A stretch of DNA of 64,000 bases from a virus: positions 14,477-78,476 of IMG/VR virus record IMGVR_UViG_3300034096_001618. One strand, written 5' to 3'. How positions within the stretch are numbered: the stretch's first letter is position 1; every line of letters begins with the position of its first letter. The notes below the pieces were generated by a model. The model did no database searches and was not told the origin of the DNA. It was given only the letters and a program-made list of their open reading frames with translations. Of this stretch, positions 18,373-27,528 are shown one piece after another. Both the position numbers and the translations under genes were made by a program.

Positions 18373-19137
18373 ATGAAAAAATTAAACGAAATGAGATATT
18401 TGGCTGGAATACTTGATCAAAACCATTATTATGGCGAAAGCTATGATAAGGCATCAATTAAAAAAATTACTCGTAGAATTAACAGAATTATTGAAAATAT
18501 TGACAATGCAATAGAAGATGCAGCAAAATCAAAAGATCCTATTGATGATTCAAAGGAAACATCTTCTGCTGAGAGTTTTTTTCAAAAACTAAAAAAAGGA
18601 ATCGGAACTCCAGATAAAAATAATCTTAGTGGCGAATCACCAAGTGGAATCGAAAGAAAAGCAGACGCAGTTAGAAGCAAACTGGCTGAATTCAAAATAA
18701 AATTTGAACAAGCTAATCCAAAAGTTGCTAATCAATTGGAAGAAGAAGCATCAAAAGATGCTAGTATGCTAAAAGGAGAGCTTCCCGTCAAAGCAGAAAG
18801 CATTCTAGGAGTGCTTGGCAAAGGCGCTGCAATGATTGGGGGAACTATATTATGGGCAGCATGGAAAACAATTAAATTTGTATTGTTTCAAACAGTAAGA
18901 TTAATCATAAGAATTGGTAGATCACTTACCTCAGAAAAAGATCCTAAGAAGGTTTTAGGCTGGAACGTAGAAGGATTACCAAGCATGGCAACAGCTTGCT
19001 TTGCACTATTGTTTCCTTTCCTAAGTTTCTTCGCCTATGGAACTGGCCATATTGCACTTGGCGGTGGACTTCTCATTCCTTCTGGAATTTATTACGTTTA
19101 TCTTATACTTACACAATTGTTGGATTCTAAATATTAA
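18373..19137 (+). CDS. Putative virion protein with C-terminal transmembrane helices
   Basis: KLNE-MRYLAGI N-terminus; hydrophobic C-terminus; late-type box upstream. Confidence 0.7.
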   Translation: MKKLNEMRYLAGILDQNHYYGESYDKASIKKITRRINRIIENIDNAIEDAAKSKDPIDDSKETSSAESFFQKLKKGIGTPDKNNLSGESPSGIERKADAVRSKLAEFKIKFEQANPKVANQLEEEASKDASMLKGELPVKAESILGVLGKGAAMIGGTILWAAWKTIKFVLFQTVRLIIRIGRSLTSEKDPKKVLGWNVEGLPSMATACFALLFPFLSFFAYGTGHIALGGGLLIPSGIYYVYLILTQLLDSKY

Positions 19138-19143
19138 TTTGAA

Positions 19144-19190
19144 AAACTTTTTCCTCGATTTTCTTTTAGTTAATCGAGGCAAAAATTTTT
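19144..19190. terminator. Bidirectional terminator
   Basis: CCTCGATT / AATCGAGG stem between convergent genes. Confidence 0.7.
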
Positions 19191-19212
19191 AATTTATATG
19201 AAGCGCAATTGA

Positions 19213-20067
19213 CTAAGTTTCAGGGCGAAGGAATGGCTGTCCTGAAACCTGTTCATAGATAGATTTAAGAACCTGAACAATATAGAAAAGACCAGTTGCA
19301 ATTAATAACTCTGATCCTGTTGATCCGTAAATAACACCCAAAGGGATAATAACAGCAATCATTAAGTTAATCATGAATTTTATTCCCTTCCCTTCTGGCG
19401 TGAACATTTGACGCATCGTATTAAGAACAGTTCTGATTGCAACACTCAAAACGTCAATAAGAATAAATTTAATTAGTTTGAAAACTGCCATCTTTGCAAA
19501 ACTTCCGATTGCCCCGATGACTGATTCGCCAAGTCGTGGATCTCTGTCAGTCATTAAGACTTTATCAAGGAAATTTGGCTCAGTACGGGAACTAGTATAA
19601 TCATTTTTTGCAATTTGGGGGTCTCTATCAAGCATCAAGGCTTTTTCCCAAAAACTTGGCACATAAGCTTTGGCATCCATTCTTGCCATTCTTTTAATAA
19701 ATTCTGCTTCTCTTTTATTGTCGGCTTCCCAATCATAAGCTTCTTCTAAAACCTTATTGACTTTATTGTTTATTTGATCTTCTCCCTTTTTGAAATATTC
19801 TGATACAGATTGCTTTATTGAGTTAATTCTATTTTTAAACCAACCAATAACACCAATAGCTTCTTTTTTTTCTTCAGGAGTAACTGATTCATCTTGTTCT
19901 ATCAACCTAAGCCATTTATTTGAATTTTTTGCTACAGATTCTTCAAAAAGGAACGCAATTTTTTCAATAACTTCTCTTTCCCCATTCAGTTCATGTACGA
20001 TATATTCTTCTTCGTTGATGACGCCAGCAAGATAAAGAGAATAATTTTTATTTTTTTTACCTAACAT
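19213..20067 (-). CDS. Putative virion membrane protein, paralog of 18373..19137
   Basis: YLAGVINEE; ESVIG..K.IKF block; C-terminal TM helices. Confidence 0.7.
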   Translation of the reverse strand: MLGKKNKNYSLYLAGVINEEEYIVHELNGEREVIEKIAFLFEESVAKNSNKWLRLIEQDESVTPEEKKEAIGVIGWFKNRINSIKQSVSEYFKKGEDQINNKVNKVLEEAYDWEADNKREAEFIKRMARMDAKAYVPSFWEKALMLDRDPQIAKNDYTSSRTEPNFLDKVLMTDRDPRLGESVIGAIGSFAKMAVFKLIKFILIDVLSVAIRTVLNTMRQMFTPEGKGIKFMINLMIAVIIPLGVIYGSTGSELLIATGLFYIVQVLKSIYEQVSGQPFLRPET

Positions 20068-20101
20068 GAAAACCTCACTTATAGGAAACCAACATATCTA
20101 C

Positions 20102-20130
20102 TTTACATTCATCAATTTTTAGTATACCAT
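20102..20130 (+). promoter_or_regulatory. sigma70-type promoter
   Basis: TTTACA-N17-TACCAT. Confidence 0.65.
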
Positions 20131-20197
20131 AATTTTGTCCAAGTAATCTGTCTCCAAGTGACAGAAGTGACAGAACTGACAGGAAACGGAGAAACTC

Positions 20198-20518
20198 ATG
20201 CAGGCAAGACAAGGTGACATTTTTTTCAAGTCGGTAAAAGACATCCCATCCAAGACTAAACCACATGAAACCAATATCCTAGCCTACGGCGAGGTTACTG
20301 GTCATAGCCACAAAATTTCTTCTCCATCAATTAGCGAGATGGAATCTGTAGTAGACGAAAAGGGCGACATCTATGTCCGCTCACTAAAATGTGATGTTAC
20401 TATCACTCACGATGAACATAATTCCATCACACTCCCAATGGGAGAATGGATCTGTATTTCCCGCCAAAAGGAATATGATCCCCTTTCGGCAAATCGTGAA
20501 CGTCAAGTGGCCGATTAA
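20198..20518 (+). CDS. Conserved hypothetical RQGD/GEVTGH protein (His-rich, probable metal binder)
   Basis: RQGD, LAYGEVTGHSH, HDEH, RQKEY, R.VAD. Confidence 0.8.
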   Translation: MQARQGDIFFKSVKDIPSKTKPHETNILAYGEVTGHSHKISSPSISEMESVVDEKGDIYVRSLKCDVTITHDEHNSITLPMGEWICISRQKEYDPLSANRERQVAD

Positions 20519-20551
20519 TCAATAGTTATCACCATAAAGGAAGGATCTATC

Positions 20552-20866
20552 ATGGCTGTTAAGCGAAGCTTTGCCCGTGTCTCGCCAGAAAAGTCTACAG
20601 GCAGCAATATGGCTGCAATTATGCAAGAGTACATTGGACAGCCTGTGGCTATTCTCTGCGCTCGTTTTAATTATCGGGGAATCCTGAGTAAGGTGACAGA
20701 TGATTGTGTCATCCTAGCCCAAGCTAGGGCCGTAGAAAGCAGCGGCGCTAGCAACAGCGAAAAACCAAACTCAGAAGATCCAATCGGAAGCTCAGTTATC
20801 ATCAGCTTAAATGCTGTAGAACTAATTTATCAGCCTGAATGGTGTCGGTTTGAAATGGATAATTAA
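20552..20866 (+). CDS. Sm/LSm-like fold protein
   Basis: YIGQPV.I.....Y.G.L..V.DD.V.L..A pattern of the Sm1 motif and a C-terminal VII...VE strand. Confidence 0.55.
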   Translation: MAVKRSFARVSPEKSTGSNMAAIMQEYIGQPVAILCARFNYRGILSKVTDDCVILAQARAVESSGASNSEKPNSEDPIGSSVIISLNAVELIYQPEWCRFEMDN

Positions 20867-20900
20867 TGCATCAAATAGGCTGTTAAACAAACAATCATTC

Positions 20901-20932
20901 ACCACTCGCAATAAATGTGAGTGGTTTTTTTG
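20901..20932 (+). terminator. Intrinsic terminator
   Basis: CCACTCGCA-ATAAA-TGTGAGTGG followed by a T run. Confidence 0.8.
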
Positions 20933-20954
20933 TTGATTTAATCTATAATTAAAG

Positions 20955-21128
20955 GTGATCAATTCAGTTGCTATTTCTAATTGTTGGTTTATGCAATGTA
21001 ACATTTGTCAAAACATTTCTTTCTGTTGGGAGCTAAATTGGAGTGTTTCGATGATTGGCAAAGATGATTGGAAAAGAAATAGTTTTATGAGTAGTTGTTT
21101 CAAAGGCGATAAATGTTATTTCAAATAA
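20955..21128 (+). CDS. Small Cys/Trp/Ser-rich peptide (57 aa, below cutoff)
   Basis: GTG start; (M)INSVAISNCWFMQCNICQNISFCWELNWSVS...SSCFKGDKCYFK*; ends 2 nt before the next ATG. Confidence 0.45.
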   Translation: MINSVAISNCWFMQCNICQNISFCWELNWSVSMIGKDDWKRNSFMSSCFKGDKCYFK

Positions 21129-21130
21129 TC

Positions 21131-21316
21131 ATGAAAAAGAAATATTTCAATAAAAATTGGCCAAACACTTGGTGTCACAGTAGATCATTTTCTTTTGATG
21201 CTAATTTATCTTCTGCTATATTAGTTCGATACTCAGGAAACTTTAAGTGGGATGATGTCAGGAGCAGTGATTGGAGTATGTTGTGGTCTAGCTCAGAATG
21301 TTGGCAGAGTCATTAA
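21131..21316 (+). CDS. Small Trp/Ser-rich peptide
   Basis: NWPNTWCHSRSFS...RSSDWSMLWSSSECWQSH. Confidence 0.5.
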   Translation: MKKKYFNKNWPNTWCHSRSFSFDANLSSAILVRYSGNFKWDDVRSSDWSMLWSSSECWQSH

Positions 21317-22043
21317 TTTCCCACCATAATTTATTTATTTCTGTGTCTTCACGTTTTTTCCAAGGCTTCTCAAGAGTATAGTGGATGACACAAATTTCGT
21401 TCCTTAGTTCTCTCCACTTAATTGGAGCGACATCAAAAACTCTGCGTGTGAAATTATAGATTGGTTTTAGTCTAAACCATTTTTTAAAAAAATAATGGTT
21501 TAGAAGGCCTTGGTCTGATGGATCTTTCGGTGTTTCAATTATATCTTTCATTTTGACAAGTTCTTCAAATATTTTCTTATCAGGCTTGAGAATCATCACG
21601 CCTGAATTAAAATAATCCCCTCTCCATCCTGCTCTGGTTGGTTTTCTGGTTTTTGCATCTAAAATAGTTTGAAAGCTTGCGCCTGCTGCAAAATCTGCTT
21701 CTATTTCAAAAAGATGATCGATGTTTTTAATTACTACGGTATCTGCATCAAAATAAATTATTTTATCAAAATCTTGGTTCCACAGATGAATTTTGTTGTA
21801 ACAATTATTGGCAAAGTTTGGATTTTCTCTATAAGGTTGTGGCTTACAGGTTTTTGATCCAAGATATTCTGTGTCGATTATATTACAACCAACAAGCTGA
21901 AGCTTTTTTTTGTTTTCTTCAGTAATGTTAATGCTGATTACATGAAATGGATATTGTGTTATTTTTTTCAATGACTTTGCAAGGCAGTATACTCCGGGCG
22001 TAAAGTCATCACTCGCAACAGTAAAGTATGCAAATTTCTTCAT
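21288..22043 (-). CDS. GT8 (glycogenin-like) glycosyltransferase
   Basis: YFDAD, FNSGVM, DQGLLN, IHY...KPW. Confidence 0.92.
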   Translation of the reverse strand: MKKFAYFTVASDDFTPGVYCLAKSLKKITQYPFHVISINITEENKKKLQLVGCNIIDTEYLGSKTCKPQPYRENPNFANNCYNKIHLWNQDFDKIIYFDADTVVIKNIDHLFEIEADFAAGASFQTILDAKTRKPTRAGWRGDYFNSGVMILKPDKKIFEELVKMKDIIETPKDPSDQGLLNHYFFKKWFRLKPIYNFTRRVFDVAPIKWRELRNEICVIHYTLEKPWKKREDTEINKLWWEINDSANILS

Positions 22044-22157
22044 ACTGAATTATATCATTATTTTTCAAAGAAAATGATTGTTTATGAAAACATTTAAAAG
22101 AACTATCATTTCTCATAATTCAACATGAGTCTAATAAGAGATAATTTTTTTAAATGA

Positions 22158-23027
22158 TTACATCATTTTCATTGGCAACAAATCTCCGTAGCGGACTAAA
22201 AGATTTGCTTCCCAATCTTTTTTGTCTTGAATTCCTTCTGCGAGTATGGTTGCTCCATCTAATTGGACACCGCCACCGGGTCCGGGTGGATTGGAAATTC
22301 TACTACGAATTCTTCCCAGAATTATTTTAGCAAAAGCTAAAGCGCCTTCTTGCATGGCTTGAGTTACTAGTTGAAAGTCTGGTTTTCTTTGTAGATAGCG
22401 AACAATAACTGGATATGTTCTATAAGGAACTGGGTATATTTTAACGTGTCTATAGCCGCCTAAAAACTCCCATCCGCCTTGTTGTCCAGAGATGCGGTTA
22501 TACATATCTTCATATTGTTTATAGAGAACCCAATCGCTCATTTTTCCCCAGACAGGTTGTTGTGGGTTGATGCCACCTGCGATTGATCCATAAGCTCCTG
22601 CTCCCATGTATTCTAGAGGAATTACACCGCCAAGGTCAGATGCTGAGAATGCATAATTTGCAGTTTCTTTATAAGAAATTTGACGAATAAATCCCACATC
22701 AGGAGGAAGTTCATATACACTTTGGCCGGGAGAAGTAACAAATGAATAATATTGAAAATACTCAGACGGAGCATAATCTTCAAATATCTGCAAAGCAAAA
22801 TCTATGCAGTTATCTAATTGCTGGTCATCTAGTTCAAGTGGGAGAACAGGCGCACCAAGCATTGTCAGAACATAATCTTTAATTTGTTCACGAACTTTTT
22901 CACGATTTTTGCGTGGTCCGATAGTAATTAATGGGTCTGTTGGCCCTAAATTATTACATCCAGATCCACAAGAAAGTTGATTATATTGATCTTTTGTTGG
23001 CCTCGGAATGTAAAGAGTATTATTCAT
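22158..23027 (-). CDS. Neck protein, T4 gp13-like
   Basis: LGAPV..LELDDQQL..CID.AL; LGRIRS...PG.GGGVQLDG. Confidence 0.85.
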   Translation of the reverse strand: MNNTLYIPRPTKDQYNQLSCGSGCNNLGPTDPLITIGPRKNREKVREQIKDYVLTMLGAPVLPLELDDQQLDNCIDFALQIFEDYAPSEYFQYYSFVTSPGQSVYELPPDVGFIRQISYKETANYAFSASDLGGVIPLEYMGAGAYGSIAGGINPQQPVWGKMSDWVLYKQYEDMYNRISGQQGGWEFLGGYRHVKIYPVPYRTYPVIVRYLQRKPDFQLVTQAMQEGALAFAKIILGRIRSRISNPPGPGGGVQLDGATILAEGIQDKKDWEANLLVRYGDLLPMKMM

Positions 23028-23122
23028 GTGCCGCCCTGCTTAAAAAATGATTAGTATTATTGTTATATATTGTAAATGATAGTGTATTTATTTTTTCACT
23101 GTATTAATAAAAAGAGGAATAA

Positions 23123-26044
23123 ATGTCGAAGTCTTTTAGAGAATACTTTATTCGTAAAATTAAAAAAGAAAATCTTAGTAGATTTTTTGGTTTTCGCATT
23201 GATGAAATGGCCAAAGAACAGCAACGTGTAAGAAAGTCTGTTCAGTTCGACAAAGATGATATTGAATTTTTGTATCAATTTCCTCATAATTTATGGTCAC
23301 AAGCCATGAATAAACGCTATGATTTACTTTTTGATGAAATTGAAAAGCTTCACAAAATTAAAGATGTACGACAATTTCGTGACTTAATAAAAGCAATAGA
23401 GAATTATTTAAAAGACAGAACAAGAGAAAATGCTGAAGTCCTTAAAGACATTGAAGAACCATTTGGAATGAGAGATGATGAAATTGAAACATTAAGCAAT
23501 AGCAATCCAATACAAGGCATTAGAGAATTAAGCGCCTATGAGTTAAGCGTTTTGGCAGAAAAAATTGCCAATGATCACTTTGATTCAAATAAAGAATCAC
23601 TTGTAGATGTTATTAATGATCCTAAATCAGTGATCTTTACTTTTAAAAATGTCGAATATGTTGCTGGTTCTGATAAGAAAAAAGGTGGACATAGAAGTAA
23701 AGATACGATTGATATTAAAGCTAATCCTTATTTGCTTCGTCTTTATCATAAATTAGAAAAAACTGAAGGTGAAAAGCATAATTTTCCTGAATTTTCTGGT
23801 CAGGTAGGCAAATATGGTATTGAACTAAGAGATCCTGTCAGAAATTTAACTGGCAGTGGCCCTCATTTGACTAGAAACACACAATTCCCAACAGAAAAAA
23901 ACATTAGAATTTCCATAAAAAGATTTATGGAATTAAATGGTCATAGAATGTTTGGAAATTTCGATCCTACAGATTCGACCATAAGATGGATGAATTCAGG
24001 TTATAAAGACACTAGAACACGAGCTTTTGCTGTTAAAGAATACAAAGACAATGCAAAAGTTAATTTGTATTTACGAAGAGCACTTGAATTGGCTCCAGAT
24101 GTCGATTTGAGTGAAGAAGAAGTAACTAGTGCCTTTCAAAATGCCAATGCTTTGTCTGTTGTTAGAATATTTAACAATCTTTTCGGAAAAGATCCATTGC
24201 ATAGTGCTCGTGATGTGACATCAGACGCAATAGAAACAGAAGCAATTCGTAATCTTGTGGATGATGTGCGTAGCGGTAGGCTTGATCTTCGTGGACCACC
24301 TTCTCCAAGTCATCCTGATGGCATTCCTGTTAAAATTCGACGTATTACTGTAAAAGGGGTAACTCGTGAAGACATTGATAATCCACCTCTTTTTCTGCCA
24401 TTCAAGAAAAAAATTGTAAATGTAAATGGAGTTGATCAAGAGAAATGGATTCCTTTAGTTAATCCTGCTCATTTTTACAGAAAACTCAAAGATGGAGAAA
24501 GTGCGCCAGAAGAAATGCTTCGTGGTCATAATAAAAAATTTGTCAAATCTGATGTTTATGACCCAAGTGGGAAGTCAGTTTATAGCGATGGTGGTATTTT
24601 CTTTAATCGTAACACACCCGCACAAAGAAGACTCATTAAGGGAAGACAAGAATATACGGATGCTTATCAAAAAATAATTGAAAACCAAAGACTTGTTGGA
24701 TATTCTATCGAAAAAGGCAAAGCAGTCATAAACGATGATTCTAGCCATAATATGAGAGAAGATATTTTGAGGGGTGTTTTACGTTGTGTTAATAGTCCTG
24801 ACTGTGGCGGAAAAACAGATCACGAAATAGCAATAATGTTACGTCATATTCCTCTGATTTATAAATTTTGTTTTAATCTTATTTTAAACAATCTAGATAA
24901 TAAATTACTTGAGAACCCAAAAAATATTGAGAGAGAATCCTTTAAGAATGCAAGTTTACTTTCTCAAAAAAACTGGGATCAAGGGGCTGGAACCAGAAGA
25001 ACAAGAGCATTTACAGATGAAACAAGGGCAGCAAGACAACAGCAGCCACTAAGACAGACTAGAACTCAAAACACAGGCACTAATACACATTTTCCTTATA
25101 CTACGGATAATCTTTTGGCATTCACCGATAGATTAAATCAAATAGAAAATAATGCAATAGAAGCAACAAGAAAAAAACAGCAAGCAAACATGAGGCGTAG
25201 TGAGACAGAATTAACAAAAGGAGAAATTTCCAATTTATTTGGAGATTTGATAAGAAGCGAATCTATGGTTTATGAAGATCTCATTATGATGTTAGCAACA
25301 ATAATTAGAACTAAAAATAGAAAAGAAAAAGAAGCAAGAGAAAATGCTGAATCTATTGTAAGAAATTGGTTAGATCAAAATCTAAGCATGACTGAAATGG
25401 TTTCTGCTTTTAAGAATTTAGAAATAGTTAAAAACTTTATGAATGCTTCAAAAGTTGCCACACCAGAAGCCACACCTATTTCAAAAAGACCAAATTTGAT
25501 TATTCAAAATAAAATCGATGCGGCATTGGCAGAACTTGATAAAGATGCTGGTCCTGAAGGCAATATGAAAAATCCAAAAATTATGGGTAAATTTACTTCA
25601 AGGTCAACAGGAGAATATAGTCCTTATGTTTCGACAATAAAATCAGATCTTGAGACAGATCCAGTTTTTTCCAATGATCCAGAAAATTTAACGATTGTAT
25701 TGAATCAAGTTCAAGATGCCTTAAATAAGAAAATAGGCATTTCAGCAACTGGTGCTGCTCCTACGGCTCCTCCTACTGCTCCTGTAACTGGTACTTCTTC
25801 TTCTCCAGATAAAATTGAAATAATACCAAATGCTGATTGGCGTAGTTTATTTTCTGATGTAAATCCAAAAAATTACTATAATATTGTGTTCTCCAATAAT
25901 TTTAAAACTGGGGCAACAAACAATATTATTTTAAATGTAAAATCTAGAATTCAAAAAATGCGCCCAGAATTTAACGAAGAACAATATAAAAAAATGATGG
26001 ATGAAATTTCTAAAATTCAAGAAGAAAGAAGAAAAGAGGAATAG
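23123..26044 (+). CDS. Large hypothetical protein, putative internal head protein
   Basis: 973 aa; MSKSFREYF N-terminus, IDE-MA. Confidence 0.75.
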   Translation: MSKSFREYFIRKIKKENLSRFFGFRIDEMAKEQQRVRKSVQFDKDDIEFLYQFPHNLWSQAMNKRYDLLFDEIEKLHKIKDVRQFRDLIKAIENYLKDRTRENAEVLKDIEEPFGMRDDEIETLSNSNPIQGIRELSAYELSVLAEKIANDHFDSNKESLVDVINDPKSVIFTFKNVEYVAGSDKKKGGHRSKDTIDIKANPYLLRLYHKLEKTEGEKHNFPEFSGQVGKYGIELRDPVRNLTGSGPHLTRNTQFPTEKNIRISIKRFMELNGHRMFGNFDPTDSTIRWMNSGYKDTRTRAFAVKEYKDNAKVNLYLRRALELAPDVDLSEEEVTSAFQNANALSVVRIFNNLFGKDPLHSARDVTSDAIETEAIRNLVDDVRSGRLDLRGPPSPSHPDGIPVKIRRITVKGVTREDIDNPPLFLPFKKKIVNVNGVDQEKWIPLVNPAHFYRKLKDGESAPEEMLRGHNKKFVKSDVYDPSGKSVYSDGGIFFNRNTPAQRRLIKGRQEYTDAYQKIIENQRLVGYSIEKGKAVINDDSSHNMREDILRGVLRCVNSPDCGGKTDHEIAIMLRHIPLIYKFCFNLILNNLDNKLLENPKNIERESFKNASLLSQKNWDQGAGTRRTRAFTDETRAARQQQPLRQTRTQNTGTNTHFPYTTDNLLAFTDRLNQIENNAIEATRKKQQANMRRSETELTKGEISNLFGDLIRSESMVYEDLIMMLATIIRTKNRKEKEARENAESIVRNWLDQNLSMTEMVSAFKNLEIVKNFMNASKVATPEATPISKRPNLIIQNKIDAALAELDKDAGPEGNMKNPKIMGKFTSRSTGEYSPYVSTIKSDLETDPVFSNDPENLTIVLNQVQDALNKKIGISATGAAPTAPPTAPVTGTSSSPDKIEIIPNADWRSLFSDVNPKNYYNIVFSNNFKTGATNNIILNVKSRIQKMRPEFNEEQYKKMMDEISKIQEERRKEE

Positions 26045-26045
26045 A

Positions 26046-26324
26046 ATGTCAAGTTGGATGGATATGTTGGTTAATCCAAAAAATAATCATATTAAAAAAG
26101 CAATGTTTCAAGTTCTCAAAGAGAGATATGCTGAAAATGAAAATATAATTGAAAGAATTGGAGCATCTCTCGTTACGGATGGAGATTCCAAGGCATTTTT
26201 CAAATTAGTTGCCGATCTTTATGAGATGGGTTATTTAAAATCAGTTAATGATCATCGTGAGCAACTTGTTAAATTAGGTTTCATTGCTACTGTTGTTCCT
26301 GAAAATAAATCAAACATCGAATGA
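26046..26324 (+). CDS. Hypothetical protein
   Basis: ATG 26046 after GAGG, adjacent to the upstream stop. Confidence 0.7.
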   Translation: MSSWMDMLVNPKNNHIKKAMFQVLKERYAENENIIERIGASLVTDGDSKAFFKLVADLYEMGYLKSVNDHREQLVKLGFIATVVPENKSNIE

Positions 26325-26909
26325 TGGTTGGAAATCTGAGGTAATTGAGTATAAAATCCAACCATTGGCTTTTTTTTCTTTATTTTTAATTCTCCACCAT
26401 CTTTTAGTATTAATTTTGGGGAAAATAACTGATCCAATTGTAATTGTGTCTGTGTCCGTCCATATTTCGCAAGATAGATCATCTTGTTTTAACATAACAG
26501 CTTCAAAGCTTGTAGGTGACCCATATTGAATAGTTTGATAGCTATCTCCATACAAATCATCGGTTTTTATTTTGATCGTTGCTGGCAAGCAATGAACGAA
26601 TATTTTGTTTATTTCTGACTTTTTCTCTTCTTCTTTTTTTGTATCAGTTTGAACTACAGTTTTTTGTTCAAATATGTTTTCTGTTATTTTTTCTAATTCT
26701 GGTTTTGTTTGCTTTAATTCTTCTATGAAGCTACTTTCCACTTGATTTTCTTCGATTGCATTTGAATCATTTTCATCAACAAATACTTCAACTTTCCATT
26801 TCATGTTATGGAGTAAATATTTTTCATTTGCCCACAAACTTTGGTGCTTCATAATTGGGTTTGGTTTTGCGAGAGTGTATGTACTCCCGTCCTTGTTTTT
26901 AAGAGCCAT
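26310..26909 (-). CDS. Hypothetical, possibly head-closure-like virion protein
   Basis: MAL.N.DG..Y.L N-terminus shared with 30456..30998; DDLYGD motif. Confidence 0.6.
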   Translation of the reverse strand: MALKNKDGSTYTLAKPNPIMKHQSLWANEKYLLHNMKWKVEVFVDENDSNAIEENQVESSFIEELKQTKPELEKITENIFEQKTVVQTDTKKEEEKKSEINKIFVHCLPATIKIKTDDLYGDSYQTIQYGSPTSFEAVMLKQDDLSCEIWTDTDTITIGSVIFPKINTKRWWRIKNKEKKANGWILYSITSDFQPSFDV

Positions 26910-26984
26910 AAATTATAGTAGTGAAAAAACAATTCTATTTTTAAGAAATTACTCTATATACATCGGACGCAAAATGAGGTTTTT

Positions 26985-27413
26985 ATGGCTTTAGTAGTTC
27001 CGAATAATAGTGATGTGTTGATGTTGAAATATATTGTCAACCAACTTGCTCAGGATGGTGGTTCTGGCCCCGCTGGGGGAGAACGTATTTTGCGTTTATA
27101 TACCAATAATTTAGTCCCGTCAAAAACAACAATCATATCTAATATAACTGAAACGACCATTTCTGGTTACACAGCAATTACACTTGCTGGTACTAGCTGG
27201 ACAGTTTCCACTTCAACAGCGGGAACTAATTCAGCCGTTTATAGCGAGCAGACTTTCAACTTCTCTACAGCAGTTACAATTTATGGTTACTATGTTACTA
27301 CAACAGAAATGTCACCTAGTTTATTGTGGGTGGAAAGATTTTCCTCGGCTCCGTTCATTTTACCCTCCGGTGGTGGCGAGATCGCAATAATCCCACGACT
27401 TACTCTTGATTAA
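26985..27413 (+). CDS. Virion structural protein (tail-associated)
   Basis: LRLYTNN..P, GY..ITL, IYGYYV, LLW.ERF; CTATATA box upstream. Confidence 0.7.
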   Translation: MALVVPNNSDVLMLKYIVNQLAQDGGSGPAGGERILRLYTNNLVPSKTTIISNITETTISGYTAITLAGTSWTVSTSTAGTNSAVYSEQTFNFSTAVTIYGYYVTTTEMSPSLLWVERFSSAPFILPSGGGEIAIIPRLTLD

Positions 27414-27434
27414 AAATTTATAAATTAATTTAAT

Positions 27435-27471
27435 GGGCTTCGATTTGCAATGAATCGAAGCCTATTTTTTT
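27435..27471 (+). terminator. Intrinsic terminator
   Basis: GGCTTCGATT / AATCGAAGCC plus T run. Confidence 0.85.
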
Positions 27472-27528
27472 AAAAATATAATTTAAAAATAAAACTTATT
27501 TAGTAAATAAATATTAGAGGTAATAAAA

